The notes under the pieces are model-generated. The model was not told the DNA's origin, searched no databases, and worked only from the letters and a program-made list of their open reading frames with translations. From Octopus sinensis (Eukaryota), in the NCBI RefSeq assembly GCF_006345805.1, contig NW_021832946.1, positions 1 to 26,604 on the forward strand: 26,604 bases of DNA. Reading direction: 5' to 3'. Below are positions 1 to 10,887 of the stretch, one piece after another. The position numbers were made by a program, and so were the translations under genes. Numbering within the stretch: position 1 is the first letter of the stretch; each line of letters starts with the position of its first letter.

Positions 1-53
1 AATTCGCCATTTTTTCCGGAACGTTGAATACAACATCGACAAAATACAACATC

Positions 54-733
54 AACATCGACAAAAAGCAAATTTGTACAATTTTCTTATTCCAGTTCAA
101 GTTAGGCCGTTTGGTGCTGGAACCTCCAATGAACGTACAGCACAATGGTGGTTCAAGAAATTTCGTAGTGGTGACTAGAGTCTTGAAGATGATAAGCGTA
201 ATGGTCGCCCATCGGATGTTGACAACGATCAACAAAGAGCCTTAGTCGAAGCCACTCCACGCACAACTGTTCGAGAGCTTGCTTCTGAATTAGACGTAAC
301 GTATACGACAATTTCCAACCACTTGAAAGAGATTGGAAAAACAAAAGATACTTAAGAAATGGCTGCCGCACGAATTGAACGACTCCCCCCCCCCAAAGAA
401 TGCCGTTTTGAAGTGTCGTCTTCCCTTCTTTTACGCAACAAGAGCGACCCGTTTCTCGACCGGATTGTGACTTGTGATGAAAAGTGGATTCTGTACGACA
501 ACCAGCGGCGCTCAGCTCAGTGGTTGGACACCGAGGAAGCTCCACGGCACTTCCCAAAGCCAAAGGTGCACCAAAAGAAGGTCATGGTGACTGTTTGATG
601 CTCTGCGACCGGTCTCATCCATCACAAGTTTTTGGATCCAGGCGAAACCATTACGGCGGAGAAGTACTGTCATCAAATGGATGAAATGCATAAGAAACTC
701 CGACAACAGGCAGCAATGGTCAATAGAAAAGGA
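54..733 (+). mobile_element. Decayed mariner (Tc1/mariner, Hsmar1/cecropia-like) transposase fragment, family A
   Basis: Manual translation across stops and frameshifts gives IDKKQICTIFLFQFKLGR / FGAGTSNERTAQWWFKKFRSGD*SLEDDKRNGRPSDVDNDQ / VRELASELDV..TISNHLKEIGK / KKWLPHELN (WVPHEL motif) / [17 protein letters not shown] (first catalytic D) / [40 protein letters not shown]. It ends before the second catalytic Asp. The left TIR is not in the window. Confidence 0.92.
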
Positions 734-1139
734 ATATATGTAGGAATGACATCAGTTCGATTCCCTGAAGTATCAGAAGTTTATTCCCGGTCGTTCGAGC
801 GGTGTAATGTCTCGTATTGCCTTGATACAGAAGAGCTCGCTTTCTGTTAACCAAAGCCAGGTATTTTTACCGCACAATCGCACACATCTGCTCCAACAGT
901 TCAGGGTCGAGGTTGGCATCGATGGTTCGACACTCAGGAATGAACTCGCAGTGAATAATCCCTTCATAATTCCACCAGATGCAGAGCATCACCTTGTATC
1001 CGAAATGCCCATGTTTGGCGACATGTTCTGGAAGCTGGTCCCTTGCTTAACCATTGTTTAAGCACGTCAAAATTGTGGAAAAACATTTTCCACGGACTGT
1101 TACTTGCTCGGATCCACGGCTCATTTCCTGCGCTCGCCA
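731..1139 (-). mobile_element. Decayed mariner transposase central fragment, family B, inverted
   Basis: The reverse complement reads QWLSKG / QLPEHVAKHGHFGYKVMLCIWWNYEGIIHCEFIPECRTIDANL..LLEQMCAIVR*KYLALVNRKRALLYQGNTRHYTARTTGNKLLILQGIELMS. This is the degenerate KVMLCxWW, VNRK, QDNARPH and HPxYSP region. It differs clearly from family A over the homologous segment. Confidence 0.85.
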
Positions 1140-1354
1140 CGATTTATAAACTAAGAGGAGGTGGAGGCTTGAGTGAAGGAGTTCTTCACCTCAAAGACAA
1201 GAACTGGTATCAGCGTAGCATCAAAGAGCTGGCAGAAAGGTGACTTCAGACAACGCAACACTTTGAAGGCGAGGCTGTTTCTGTTGTAACTTCATGAATA
1301 AAGCAAATAAGTTACATTACAAAAATATTCCTAAACTTTCGACTTAACACAATA
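1140..1354 (+). mobile_element. Mariner transposase C-terminus plus right TIR and TA
   Basis: RFIN*EEVEA*VKEFFTS / KDKNWYQRSIKELAER*LQTTQH is a mariner C-terminal helix. It is followed by AAACTTTCGACTTAACACAA-TA (about 1333-1354), whose reverse complement TA-TTGTGTTAAGTCGAAAGTTT resembles a mariner TIR with a TA target site. Confidence 0.8.
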
Positions 1355-2058
1355 CTATAATGGTGCAACAATGTAATACTATAACGATATGATAATGTGA
1401 TGGAAAAAATATACGATAATGAAGATGTAATAATACAATACTAGTAGACTAATTACGAGTTGCAATGACCATTCTGCGAGTATGACATGATCATGGTTAA
1501 GATTTTATAATTCACTTTGAAGTTCGGCCGATTATGCTTTATTAGCAACGAAATATACTTGGAAAAGTTCATGAATGTTTGTCCGTGGTTATTTCTAAAA
1601 GAGTGGGTGTGCTAGTGGAATCTAATTTTAAATGTATCTACATGTAACTCGAAGTAGAATTGTTATTGGTAACCATAGCCATCCAGCTTTTTCCAGCTTT
1701 TTCCAGCCCAGTCATTGTGTATCTAGGAGTACATTATTCCATGTATCTTTCCTTTTTTAAAATAGCGGAGTGTAACGTGAGGGAGATTTGGCTGTTATTT
1801 TACGACTGCTTCGCAGCTACTTTGTTGGCATCCCTATTCTAATTGTGGCTGTCGTTACCAGTGTTGTTGTGGATTCTAGCGATGTTAACTGTTGATACTT
1901 CGATCTGTGGTTGTTGTCAGTGGTGATGGTGATGGTGATGGTGGCGGTGGTGGTGGTTTTGTTGATTCTCCCTAAAGAATATTGCCGAAGTAGTCTTCTG
2001 TAAATACGACGACTGTGGCACTGGCTGACAAATCAATAAGGTCCAATCAATTGGAGAC

Positions 2059-2331
2059 ACACACGCATTGTATGGCTTCATACACACACACACATACACA
2101 CACACGCACATCTATACACACGTATCCGTACACACAAGCATACACACACGCATACACAAACACACACACACACCAACCTCTTTATTCGCATACATCCATA
2201 TATCTATATATCCATATACATACGTACATAACAATGTACACATATATGTTTGTTAATATATATATATTATGTACATATATATGTATATATATATGTACAT
2301 ATATATGTATATATATATGTATATATATATG

Positions 2332-2384
<53 letters not shown>

Positions 2385-2388
2385 TATT

Positions 2389-2451
<63 letters not shown>

Positions 2452-2630
2452 AATATATATATATTATGAACATGTGCTTATATCTTTATATATATATATG
2501 CAAATATGTGTACACACACACGCATATATATATATATATATATATATGTGCACATTGTGTGTGTCAGTGTGTGTGTCAGTGTGTGTGTCAGTGTGTGTGC
2601 GTGTGTGCGTGCGTGCGCATGTTTGTATGG
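2059..2630. repeat. Compound microsatellite (CA)n/(TA)n/(CT)n/(TG)n, including 3x GTGTGTGTCA
   Basis: Read directly from sequence. Confidence 0.95.
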
Positions 2631-2753
2631 CTTGTGTATAATAAACCCATCTACAAACTCATGATGGATGCGCTTGACGTAGGCAGTCCAGACAGATGTA
2701 CTTTATGCAGTAATTAACCGGAGACTCTGGATGGGAATAACTGATGGTAAGAG

Positions 2754-2892
2754 TCGCCGCCGCCGTCGTCGTCATGATGATGATGATCATCATCATTGCC
2801 AACGTCATCGTAATTATCATCATCATCATCGCCACTATCGCCTTCATTATCATTACCGCCGCCGCCGCCGCCGCCGTTCTCCTCCTCCTCGC
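2754..2892. repeat. Compound trinucleotide repeat (CGC/CGT/CAT/CCT)
   Basis: Read directly from sequence. Confidence 0.9.
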
Positions 2893-4112
2893 TGCATTCA
2901 AAGTGGACATGTTAACCTAGAATTAAAATACACATTAATATTTATTCCATCTGTTCGTCTGATATCTTTTTTCCATCTTCGAGACGGTGCTACACATTTC
3001 TAGCGAAGGCTGAGTGTATGTGTGTATGTGTATGTGTGTGCGTGCGAGTGTGTGCATGTGTTTGTGCGTGCTTGCGTGCGTGTGTATGTATGTGTGTGTA
3101 TGTTTCTCTGTGTGTGTGTGTGTGTATGTATGTGTGTGCATGCAGCTTTTCATAATCAACTGGATTGACCTCCGCACATGACTGGTACTTGGCAATTTTA
3201 ATTCATTAACCACGCAACGACAAAATTGTTCACCAACTCCAACAGAATTTCAGTCTTTTATCCTAATGTCTTGGTTGATGCTCAAATTATTTAACCCAAG
3301 GAAGTCCTAATCGTGAAGGTCGGTTACCATTCTAATCGCAATCTATTCATCTCCGTCCAAACAGTTTTAGAAGCACAGGCACAACTTTCCGGCCACTGAT
3401 GGCGGTCCGCAACCTCTTAAAATGCGCTCTAATTTACGATCAGGAGTTTCAAATCCTTGCGAACATCAGACAAATATTCTGGGTTTAAATTACATAGTTA
3501 AACCTGCAACAGGATGTTGTGGCATTCTTCCAGCAACAGATCGATAACAGCTGAATGGGAAACGAGGGCCACATTATCTAAAATGTGCTTCCTTTTGTTT
3601 AAAACGATTGGTTGTTATTTGAAGGGAACTTGTTGCTATTTTTAGCAAGGCAAGAGACCACGTGCGGGGTCCCTCGATGAAATGTGTCTGAGTTGCTGCT
3701 GTTTCGCTGATCGACAAGACCCACGATGAAAAGTATTACAAGGTCCAGCCTGCCTTTTCACAAAAATCTCAGATCGTATTGTCTAGCATGACCTTCGTAT
3801 TTTTAGGCGGAAGTGTAGATTTAGCTGTTGTTTTTACCAGATTGTGTGACCAGATTGAGGCCCTTCTATTTAGCGCTGGTATAAATTATAAAGTCGTAAA
3901 CCCTGTGAGTAAAAGTAATCCATGTTGTCCACACGTATGTCCGGTTAATTGGCTACATATTTCGGAATGGGCATATTAAAGGACCAAACAAGTACTGCAG
4001 TTGAATTATCGTTGATATTCGTCAGCCATTTTCTTGGAGTCATTTACAGATCTTAAATACGATTGCTGTTGCAACAGATGCTATTGTGTTTATTGTTGCT
4101 GCGGTTGTCTCA

Positions 4113-4263
4113 GCAGCAGCAACAGTAGTTGCAGTAGTAGTAGTGTAGTAGTAGTAGTAGAAGTAGTAGAAGTAGTAGTAGTGGTGGTAGTAGAAGAAGC
4201 AGTTATAGTAGTAGTAGTAGTAGTAGAAGTAGTTGCAGTAGTAGTAGTAGAAGTAGTAGTTGC

Positions 4264-4301
<38 letters not shown>

Positions 4302-4392
4302 AAGTAGTAGTAGTGGTGGTAGTAGAAGCAGTAGTAGTAGTAGTAGTAGTAGTAGTAATTGTTGTTGTTGTTGTTGATGTTATTGTTGTAGT
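4113..4392. repeat. (AGT)n microsatellite grading into (TGT)n
   Basis: Read directly from sequence. Confidence 0.95.
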
Positions 4393-4732
4393 GACATGGT
4401 GATGGTTAACGCTAATTAGGAGCGACGTGATTTTCCCAGCTTACAACGGCAGACGGCTTCCGTAATCAAATGACTTCGCGATGGAAATTCTACAAAAGAA
4501 GAAGAAGAGACACAACGGACAGACAGACAAACGGACAAATAAAGCGTCTTTGAAAATGGTCGGCGTATTAAATAAACAAAGGTCGGATTAGTGAAGATGC
4601 ATAGAGAATTTATGGACGGATTAACGTCAATAATTGATCACTAATAACCTAAGTAATTAAAAGACATTTAATGAACATATTTCAATCTGGAATGATTCAA
4701 AAGATTTATCATTTCAGGTCACGGAATAGGTT

Positions 4733-4758
4733 ATCTATCTATCTATCTATCTATCTAC

Positions 4759-4830
<72 letters not shown>

Positions 4831-4834
4831 CTAA

Positions 4835-4912
<78 letters not shown>

Positions 4913-5004
4913 GTTTGCCTGCCTGTCTGTCTGTCTGTCTGTCTATCTGTTTGTCTGTCTGTCTGTATTGTATATCTCTCTTTTTCTCTCTCTCTCTTTT
5001 TCTC

Positions 5005-5035
<31 letters not shown>

Positions 5036-5060
5036 ATTTATCTATATCCATCCATCCATC
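4733..5060. repeat. Compound (TATC)n/(TC)n/(CTGT)n microsatellite
   Basis: Read directly from sequence. Confidence 0.95.
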
Positions 5061-5449
5061 CTTTCGTGTGCTAATTATGTAAAATGTTCCACTTAGAAAC
5101 ATCACAGCGTTGATGAGAGACAACTCTCCCACTGGACAGGACACCAAACCACTACACCCGACGGGTAACACTTCCTAAACGCACCTCTTTCCGTCAGAAA
5201 GAGGAAAGCAGAGTCCAAAGTGAAACTCAATCTTTGAATGTTCAGAGCCATTTCTACTCTGACCAAACGGCAGACATTTACAGATTTGCCAAGTTGTTCA
5301 AACTCCTTACTTTGCATCAGGTTACTCAGCCACGAACAGGTCAATCATATCCGGGATTTCATCCTATGGGATGGTCATCTTCGAGAAATAACTTAGACGA
5401 CAACCGGCAACAGGTGCAGCAGCAGCAGCAGCAGCAAAACCACCACCAC

Positions 5450-5674
5450 TACCTATTTCTTTACTACCCACAAGGGGCTAAACACAGAGAGGACAAACAA
5501 GGACAGACAAACGGATTGAGTCGATTATATCGACCCCAGTGCGTAACTGGTACTTTTTTAATCGACCCCGAAAGGATGAAAGGCAAAGTCGACCTCGGCG
5601 GAATTTGAACTCAGAATGTGAAGACAGACGAGATACCGCGAAGCATTCCGTCCGGCATGCTAACGATTCTGCCA
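5450..5674 (-). mobile_element. tRNA-derived SINE, near full length
   Basis: The minus strand reads TGGCAGAATCGTTAGC (A-box-like head), GAGTTCAAATTCC (B box), then GTCGACTTTGCCTTTCATCCTTTCGGGGTCGAT and a tail ending GAAATAGGTA. The central part resembles the MetaSINE-type domain as I recall it. Related fragments lie at 13481-13540 and 24019-24110. A 14-bp direct repeat flanks the copy. Confidence 0.88.
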
Positions 5675-5820
5675 CCACCACTACCACCACCACCGCCACC
5701 GCCACCGCACCTCCACCCACCACCACCCCACCACCACCACCACCACCACCACCACCACCACCACCCACCCTGGCCACCGCCGCCGCCGCCGCCGCCGCCG
5801 CCTCCACCACCATCACCACC
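5672..5820. repeat. (CCA)n/(CCG)n GC-rich trinucleotide tract
   Basis: Read directly from sequence. Confidence 0.95.
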
Positions 5821-6199
5821 AAAAAGGCAGAACCCCAAAAGAACACTCAAAAGAACACCCTGGATAACGTCCTTAAGTTCCAGATAGAATAATGACCGAA
5901 TGGCCACGGCTGGAATATCTTTGATCATTGGTCTGCTGGACTACAACAGCAACAACAACAACAGCATAAACAACAGCAACAACAATAACAGCAAACACAA
6001 TACAGTAAAGATTCTCAATGATTATGGCTTCTGGTTGGCGTTGAATCTGTTGTCTTGATTTATCCAAGAATGAGTTGCACGGAGATAGAATTTACAGATC
6101 TTTCATTATCGTAGCTCATAAGAACGACACACTTTTGAACAGTGGCTGCCATATTGACATATATGAAAACCTCCATCTAATATCACACACACACACACA

Positions 6200-6230
<31 letters not shown>

Positions 6231-6794
6231 CACCTCACACTAAAATTAGCGGAACTGTTTGCGCTTTCTTCCTTTCTATTAACGAGATGGCAAAATGGAG
6301 GAAGATTTTATCTCTAAAATTTTTCTTTCCTCGCCATAGTTTTGAACGAGTTTCAACAGTTTTAAACAGCTTAAATTTATTAAACACGGCTATTCGTTCA
6401 GCCTCTTTCCAATTCTTACCGCCTTACATCTAAATCTCACAGATTTACAAGATAGAAATTAGTCGAAGACAACGTGGATATCTTACTGTACAAAAAGTAT
6501 AGGTTAGTTACTTGAATAATACTTGGCGTACATTAGTGTTGGAACGTAGAAGGAGGCAACGGTTACAGCGACAAGGAAATTGTCTCTACTTTCTGTCAAA
6601 TAACGAACTTTCTTGAAGAACTGCCGACCAGTCTTGCTTCACAATTAAGCGAAGCGTTCTACTTTTATAAGGTTCCTCAGTAATTACATTATGAGACACT
6701 AGCGACGAGATAAAAAGAAAATGGAAAGACGGAAAGAGGATATTAAATACAGTGGAATTAATGTCGTTCGCCAAATGATGTTGTGAGGCGTTCT

Positions 6795-6817
6795 ATGTAC
6801 ATTTATATATACATTCG

Positions 6818-6879
<62 letters not shown>

Positions 6880-6881
6880 GC

Positions 6882-6913
<32 letters not shown>

Positions 6914-7077
6914 TATATGCATATATATATATATGTATGTATATATATGCACACACACACACACACACCCACATATGAACATGTATGCATTCATACACAC
7001 ATCCATCCTTTCAGCCATACATACATACTTATGTATATGCACACACACATACACACACACACACACACAACACACAC

Positions 7078-7115
<38 letters not shown>

Positions 7116-7275
7116 AATGCATACATACATACACTCGTATATATATAAATACATGTTAAGTGCGTACGTACGTATGTATGTATATGTATGCATGTGTATG
7201 TATATATATATACAAGCACACACACACATATATGCATATACAAACATATAGGTATTTGTATGTACTCGCACACAC
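6795..7275. repeat. Compound (TA)n/(CA)n/(TATG)n microsatellite
   Basis: Read directly from sequence. Confidence 0.95.
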
Positions 7276-8325
7276 TGGCTTTCGCTAACGGTATATTAAC
7301 TTTCAGTGAAAACAAAACTAGACGGAATGGGTGAATGTAATTAGAGAGTTTTACACATTTAGTTATTTGTCTCTAAAGCTCGTTTCATTTTAGTGGTGAC
7401 AAGTTTGTCTTTGGCAAAGACAATCTTACAAAAAACCGCCTATGATATTTATGAAACAATATGGCGCTAGTATTTTTCTTTGTGTCGTCTGCTTTCTTCA
7501 GTCATTAGACTGTACCTGAATCTGTTTTGCCAGCAAGCGAATTAGTGTTCATTTTTATCGTTTCGTTCTTCTTTTCTTTTTTTTTTTGCTTCTATAATAC
7601 AAGTCTCACGGCTCTTCATTATAGCAATGAAAATAACATTATCAGCAAAATTAACGGTTGAGTAGTTTTAACCTAATATAATTTCTGTCTCATTTTTAGA
7701 TAGAAGATAGACATTAGATTTAAGATAGCTGGCGTCCATTGTTATTAAAAAAAAAAGCCCGGTAGATTTCTTAAAACTCAGCATATCAATTATGGCTTTA
7801 GACGCAATGGAAGAATGAGAAATCTTATATCTATCTATATATATATATATACACATATGAACAAAACTACTAATAGACATATATATGCACATAGAAAGAC
7901 GTTTATACAGAACCCTTCAGCGACGGTAAAAGCAATAAACAATACAAGGTCAGGAAGATTTACAGACAATATATTAATTCTCTGTAAGCATATGTATTTA
8001 CCTAAACTACAGAATATAAATGAGCTGTATGGCGAAAAGGCTAAAAGAAGTTCAGGTCTCACTGAAGCTGATAAGAGCAAATCATGGTTGAAATATTGAT
8101 CATTTCGTTGCCAGATTTCGCCTCAGAAATATTTCAGGGCAAAGGGTAAAGGCATATTATTTTAAAGAAGTAATTATCCTTTAAATGAAGCGTTTGGGAA
8201 TTATTCTAACATGTTTACAGTCAAATGAACAATGCACAAATATGTGAGTTGAATTCATCCCGCTGTGTTCAGGTGTCTTTAATCTGATCGGGAGACGATG
8301 TATAACTTTGAGCAGAAAAGGTACT

Positions 8326-8760
8326 CTGTGTGTGTGTATGTATGTATGTATGTATGTATGTATGTATGTATGTATGTATGTATGTATGTATGTATGTATG
8401 TATGTGTGTGTGTGTGTCTATGTATGTATGTATGTATGTATGTATGTATGTATGTATGTATGCATTTATGTATGTATGTATGTATGTATGTGTCTAGGTA
8501 TGTATAGATGTATGTATATATGCATGTGTGTGTGTGTGTGTCTATGTATGTATGTATGCATGCATGTATGTATGCATGTGTGTGTGTCTATGTATGTAAG
8601 TATGTATGTATGTGCGTGTGTCTATGTATGTATGTATGTATGTTTGTATGTGTGTATGTACGTATGAATGTATGTATGTATATATATATGTACGTACGTA
8701 TGTATGCTAATGTATTTATATATACACACACATACACGCATGCGTGTTGACGTGTATATA
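8326..8760. repeat. (TATG)n microsatellite with (TG)n interruptions
   Basis: Read directly from sequence. Confidence 0.95.
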
Positions 8761-8765
8761 TAAAT

Positions 8766-8978
8766 GCGTAGCTAAGTGGTTTGGGTGTTGCACCCACGAT
8801 CACGATATCGTAGTTTCGATTCCCGGATAGGGTGGTTGCGTTGAGTTCTTAAGAAAAAACACCTCATCTCACGTTGCTTTGCGATCACTTCGACATCTGC
8901 CGTGTGCTACAAAGCGCACCTGTTCAGGTAACATCGATTTGATGGAGGGGCTGAGCTAATATGCGGCACACACATTTC
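8766..8978 (+). mobile_element. tRNA-derived CORE-like SINE
   Basis: It has a GCTAAGTGGTT A-box and a GTTTCGATTCC B-box, followed by TTCTTAAGAAAAAACACCTCATCTCACGTTGCTTTGCGATCACTTCG. It is collinear with the copy at 24538-24754, sharing GGTGTTGCAC.CACGAT, TTTCGATTCC, GTTGCT.TGCGATCACTTCG and TGTTCAGG.AAC. Confidence 0.82.
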
Positions 8979-9011
8979 AGATCTTATCCGGACTCAAAAG
9001 TCTATCAAAAA

Positions 9012-9195
9012 GAACACACACACACCCCCAAACACACACACCCACACACCCACCCAAACACCCCCCAAACACCCCCCAAAAACACACACACACACATACA
9101 CACCCACACACCCAAACACACACACACTCACACACACACACACATACACACAACATACACACACACACACACACAAATGCACACGCACACACACG
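9012..9195. repeat. Degenerate (CA)n tract
   Basis: Read directly from sequence. Confidence 0.9.
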
Positions 9196-9475
9196 TAGCG
9201 GGGGTGGGTGAAAGGATAGAGATGGGGAGACGGCGCCAGAATATTTATGGTTTAAGCCAGTTTTACTATGGGCACCATTTCTCCGATATGTGTACATATT
9301 TGATGCGTATGTTTGCGTGCATACTTGCGTGTATGTGTATGTGTGTATGTGTGAGGCACTACACATTTGACAGGGAAGCCGATCGCCGAGGGGTACTAAA
9401 GTCTGGGTCATCATACAAAATCTGAATAACACTGAGAAAAATATGTCATCCTAAAAAAAACCCGGAAACATAATG

Positions 9476-9800
9476 AATGAGAGAGGGAGATGGAGAGAGG
9501 GAGAGAGAGAGAAAGAAAGAAAGAGAGGGAAAAAGAGAAGAAAAGAGAGGCGGATTAGGCGAGAGAAAGAGAAAGAGAGAGTGAGAGAAAGAGAGGAAAA
9601 GAAAGGGAGAGGAGACAGAAGGAAAAGAGAAAGAGAGAGTGTGTGTGTGAGAGGGAGAAAGAGAATGAGAGAGAGAGAGAAAGAGAGGAAAAGAGAGGGG
9701 GAGAGGGAGAGGGGAGAAGAAAAAGGGAAAGAGAGAGTGTGTATGTGTGTATGAGAGAAAGAGAGAGTGAGAAAGAAAGGAGAAAGGGAGGGAGCGAGAG

Positions 9801-9832
<32 letters not shown>
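9476..9832. repeat. Purine-rich (GA)n-type low-complexity tract
   Basis: Read directly from sequence. Confidence 0.92.
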
Positions 9833-9836
<4 letters not shown>

Positions 9837-9837
9837 G

Positions 9838-9900
9838 CATGTGATGTAAAGACGTATCACGTGATTTGGCGTGAAGCATCTCCCATTTTGTCACATGACA
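9838..9900. promoter_or_regulatory. Candidate homotypic E-box cluster (3 sites)
   Basis: CATGTG at 9838-9843, ATCACGTGAT at 9856-9865 and TGTCACATGACA at 9889-9900. Motif match only. Confidence 0.25.
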
Positions 9901-10080
9901 CATTTCTTCTGCGATGGACATTTCCATAAAAACCGTAGATTTGTTGTTCACTGCTGAACTCAAATTCGGTTGGTGCCAAGAGAGAGACGGTGGGAGGAAG
10001 ATGGGGAGAAGAAAGAGGAAAATAGCAAGACATCGTTTTATTGCTCACACTTGCTTTACTCTAGTTCTGTGTGTGTGTGT

Positions 10081-10388
10081 GTGAGGAACATGTTCTACAG
10101 TAGCTTGAGAATCAAAGGCCCACGGCTATTTAATACCTTGCCGAATCTTCTGAAAGATCTGCATGGAGCAGCGGTTCATGAAGAAACTGCGGTCCAAGAT
10201 CCTTCATCGTGGACCTACATCACGGCAAGAAACCCAAAAGAGGGGCAGTAATGACGAAGAAAGCTCTCCTTCGCCAAAAGCCAGTCTCAAAAGAATGGCT
10301 ACAGAAAAGGTGATAACATTGGCGGTGCTACAGCATGGGCACAGCCGTTGGGCTGGAACGCGTAAAAGAACAGAAGAATGAAAGAATT
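10081..10388 (+). mobile_element. 3' end of a CR1/L2-group LINE (5'-truncated, decayed)
   Basis: VRNMFYSSLRIKGPRLFNTLPNLLKDLHG, then after a frameshift KKLRSKIL..GPTSRQE, matches the post-RT C-terminal GPxLFNxLP..LRDL motif. It is followed by a tail GGCGGTGCTACAGCATGGGCACAG..GTAAAAGAA ending in short AGAA-type repeats. Confidence 0.75.
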
Positions 10389-10570
10389 TATGTATGTATA
10401 TGTATATATTTGTCTTCTTTTAGTCTTATGTAAATGTGTATGTATAAAAATATAATATAATATAATATATATATATATACACACATATGTATATATGTAT
10501 ACATATATATGCATGTATGTCTATTTTCATTCTTATGTATATGTGTATGTATATATATGTTCATATATGT

Positions 10571-10876
10571 GAAGGCGCATGGCTCAGTGGTTAGAGCGTC
10601 GAGCTTACGATCGTGAGTTTGTGAGCTCGAATCTCGGACCAGGCTGCGTGTTGTGTTCTTGAGCAAGACACTTTATTTCACGTTGCTCCAGTTCAATCAT
10701 CTGTAGAAATGAGTTGCGACATCACAGGTGCCAAGCTGTATCGGCCCCTTCTCCCTTTCCCTTGGATAACACTGGTGGCGTGGAGAGGGGAGGCTGGTAT
10801 GAGTGGGCGTCGAACAACCTAGCCTGGACTTGTGTCTGGGAAGGTAACTTTCTAGGTGCAATTCCATGGTCATTCA
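10571..10876 (+). mobile_element. tRNA-derived CORE-like SINE (3' end lost)
   Basis: A box TGGCTCAGTGG at 10580-10590 and B-box variant GCTCGAATCT at 10625-10634. The CORE-like TTGTGTTCTTGAGCAAGACACTTT..TTGCTCCAGT is also present at about 12960-13000. Confidence 0.88.
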
Positions 10877-10887
10877 ATATATATATA

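Noticed and set aside
31-66. CAACATCGACAAAA present twice (31-44, 53-66)
   Set aside because: Small local duplication in a decayed transposon; no further structure.
1682-1707. 2.5 copies of TTCCAGCTTT
   Set aside because: Ordinary slippage duplication.
2754-2892. Arg/His/Asp-rich reading of the trinucleotide mosaic as a low-complexity exon
   Set aside because: All frames are open only because of repeat composition, and there are no convincing splice sites.
4410-4660. Cluster of TAAT/GGATTA/TTTATGG homeodomain-like sites
   Set aside because: Density is about what AT-rich DNA gives by chance.
5184-5204. 8-bp hairpin CCTCTTTC-cgtca-GAAAGAGG
   Set aside because: Short enough to be expected by chance in 26 kb; bacterial-type terminators are irrelevant here.
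5880-5940. Segment resembling a dispersed octopus repeat from memory
   Set aside because: No second copy in the window and no diagnostic motif, so it cannot be supported without a search.
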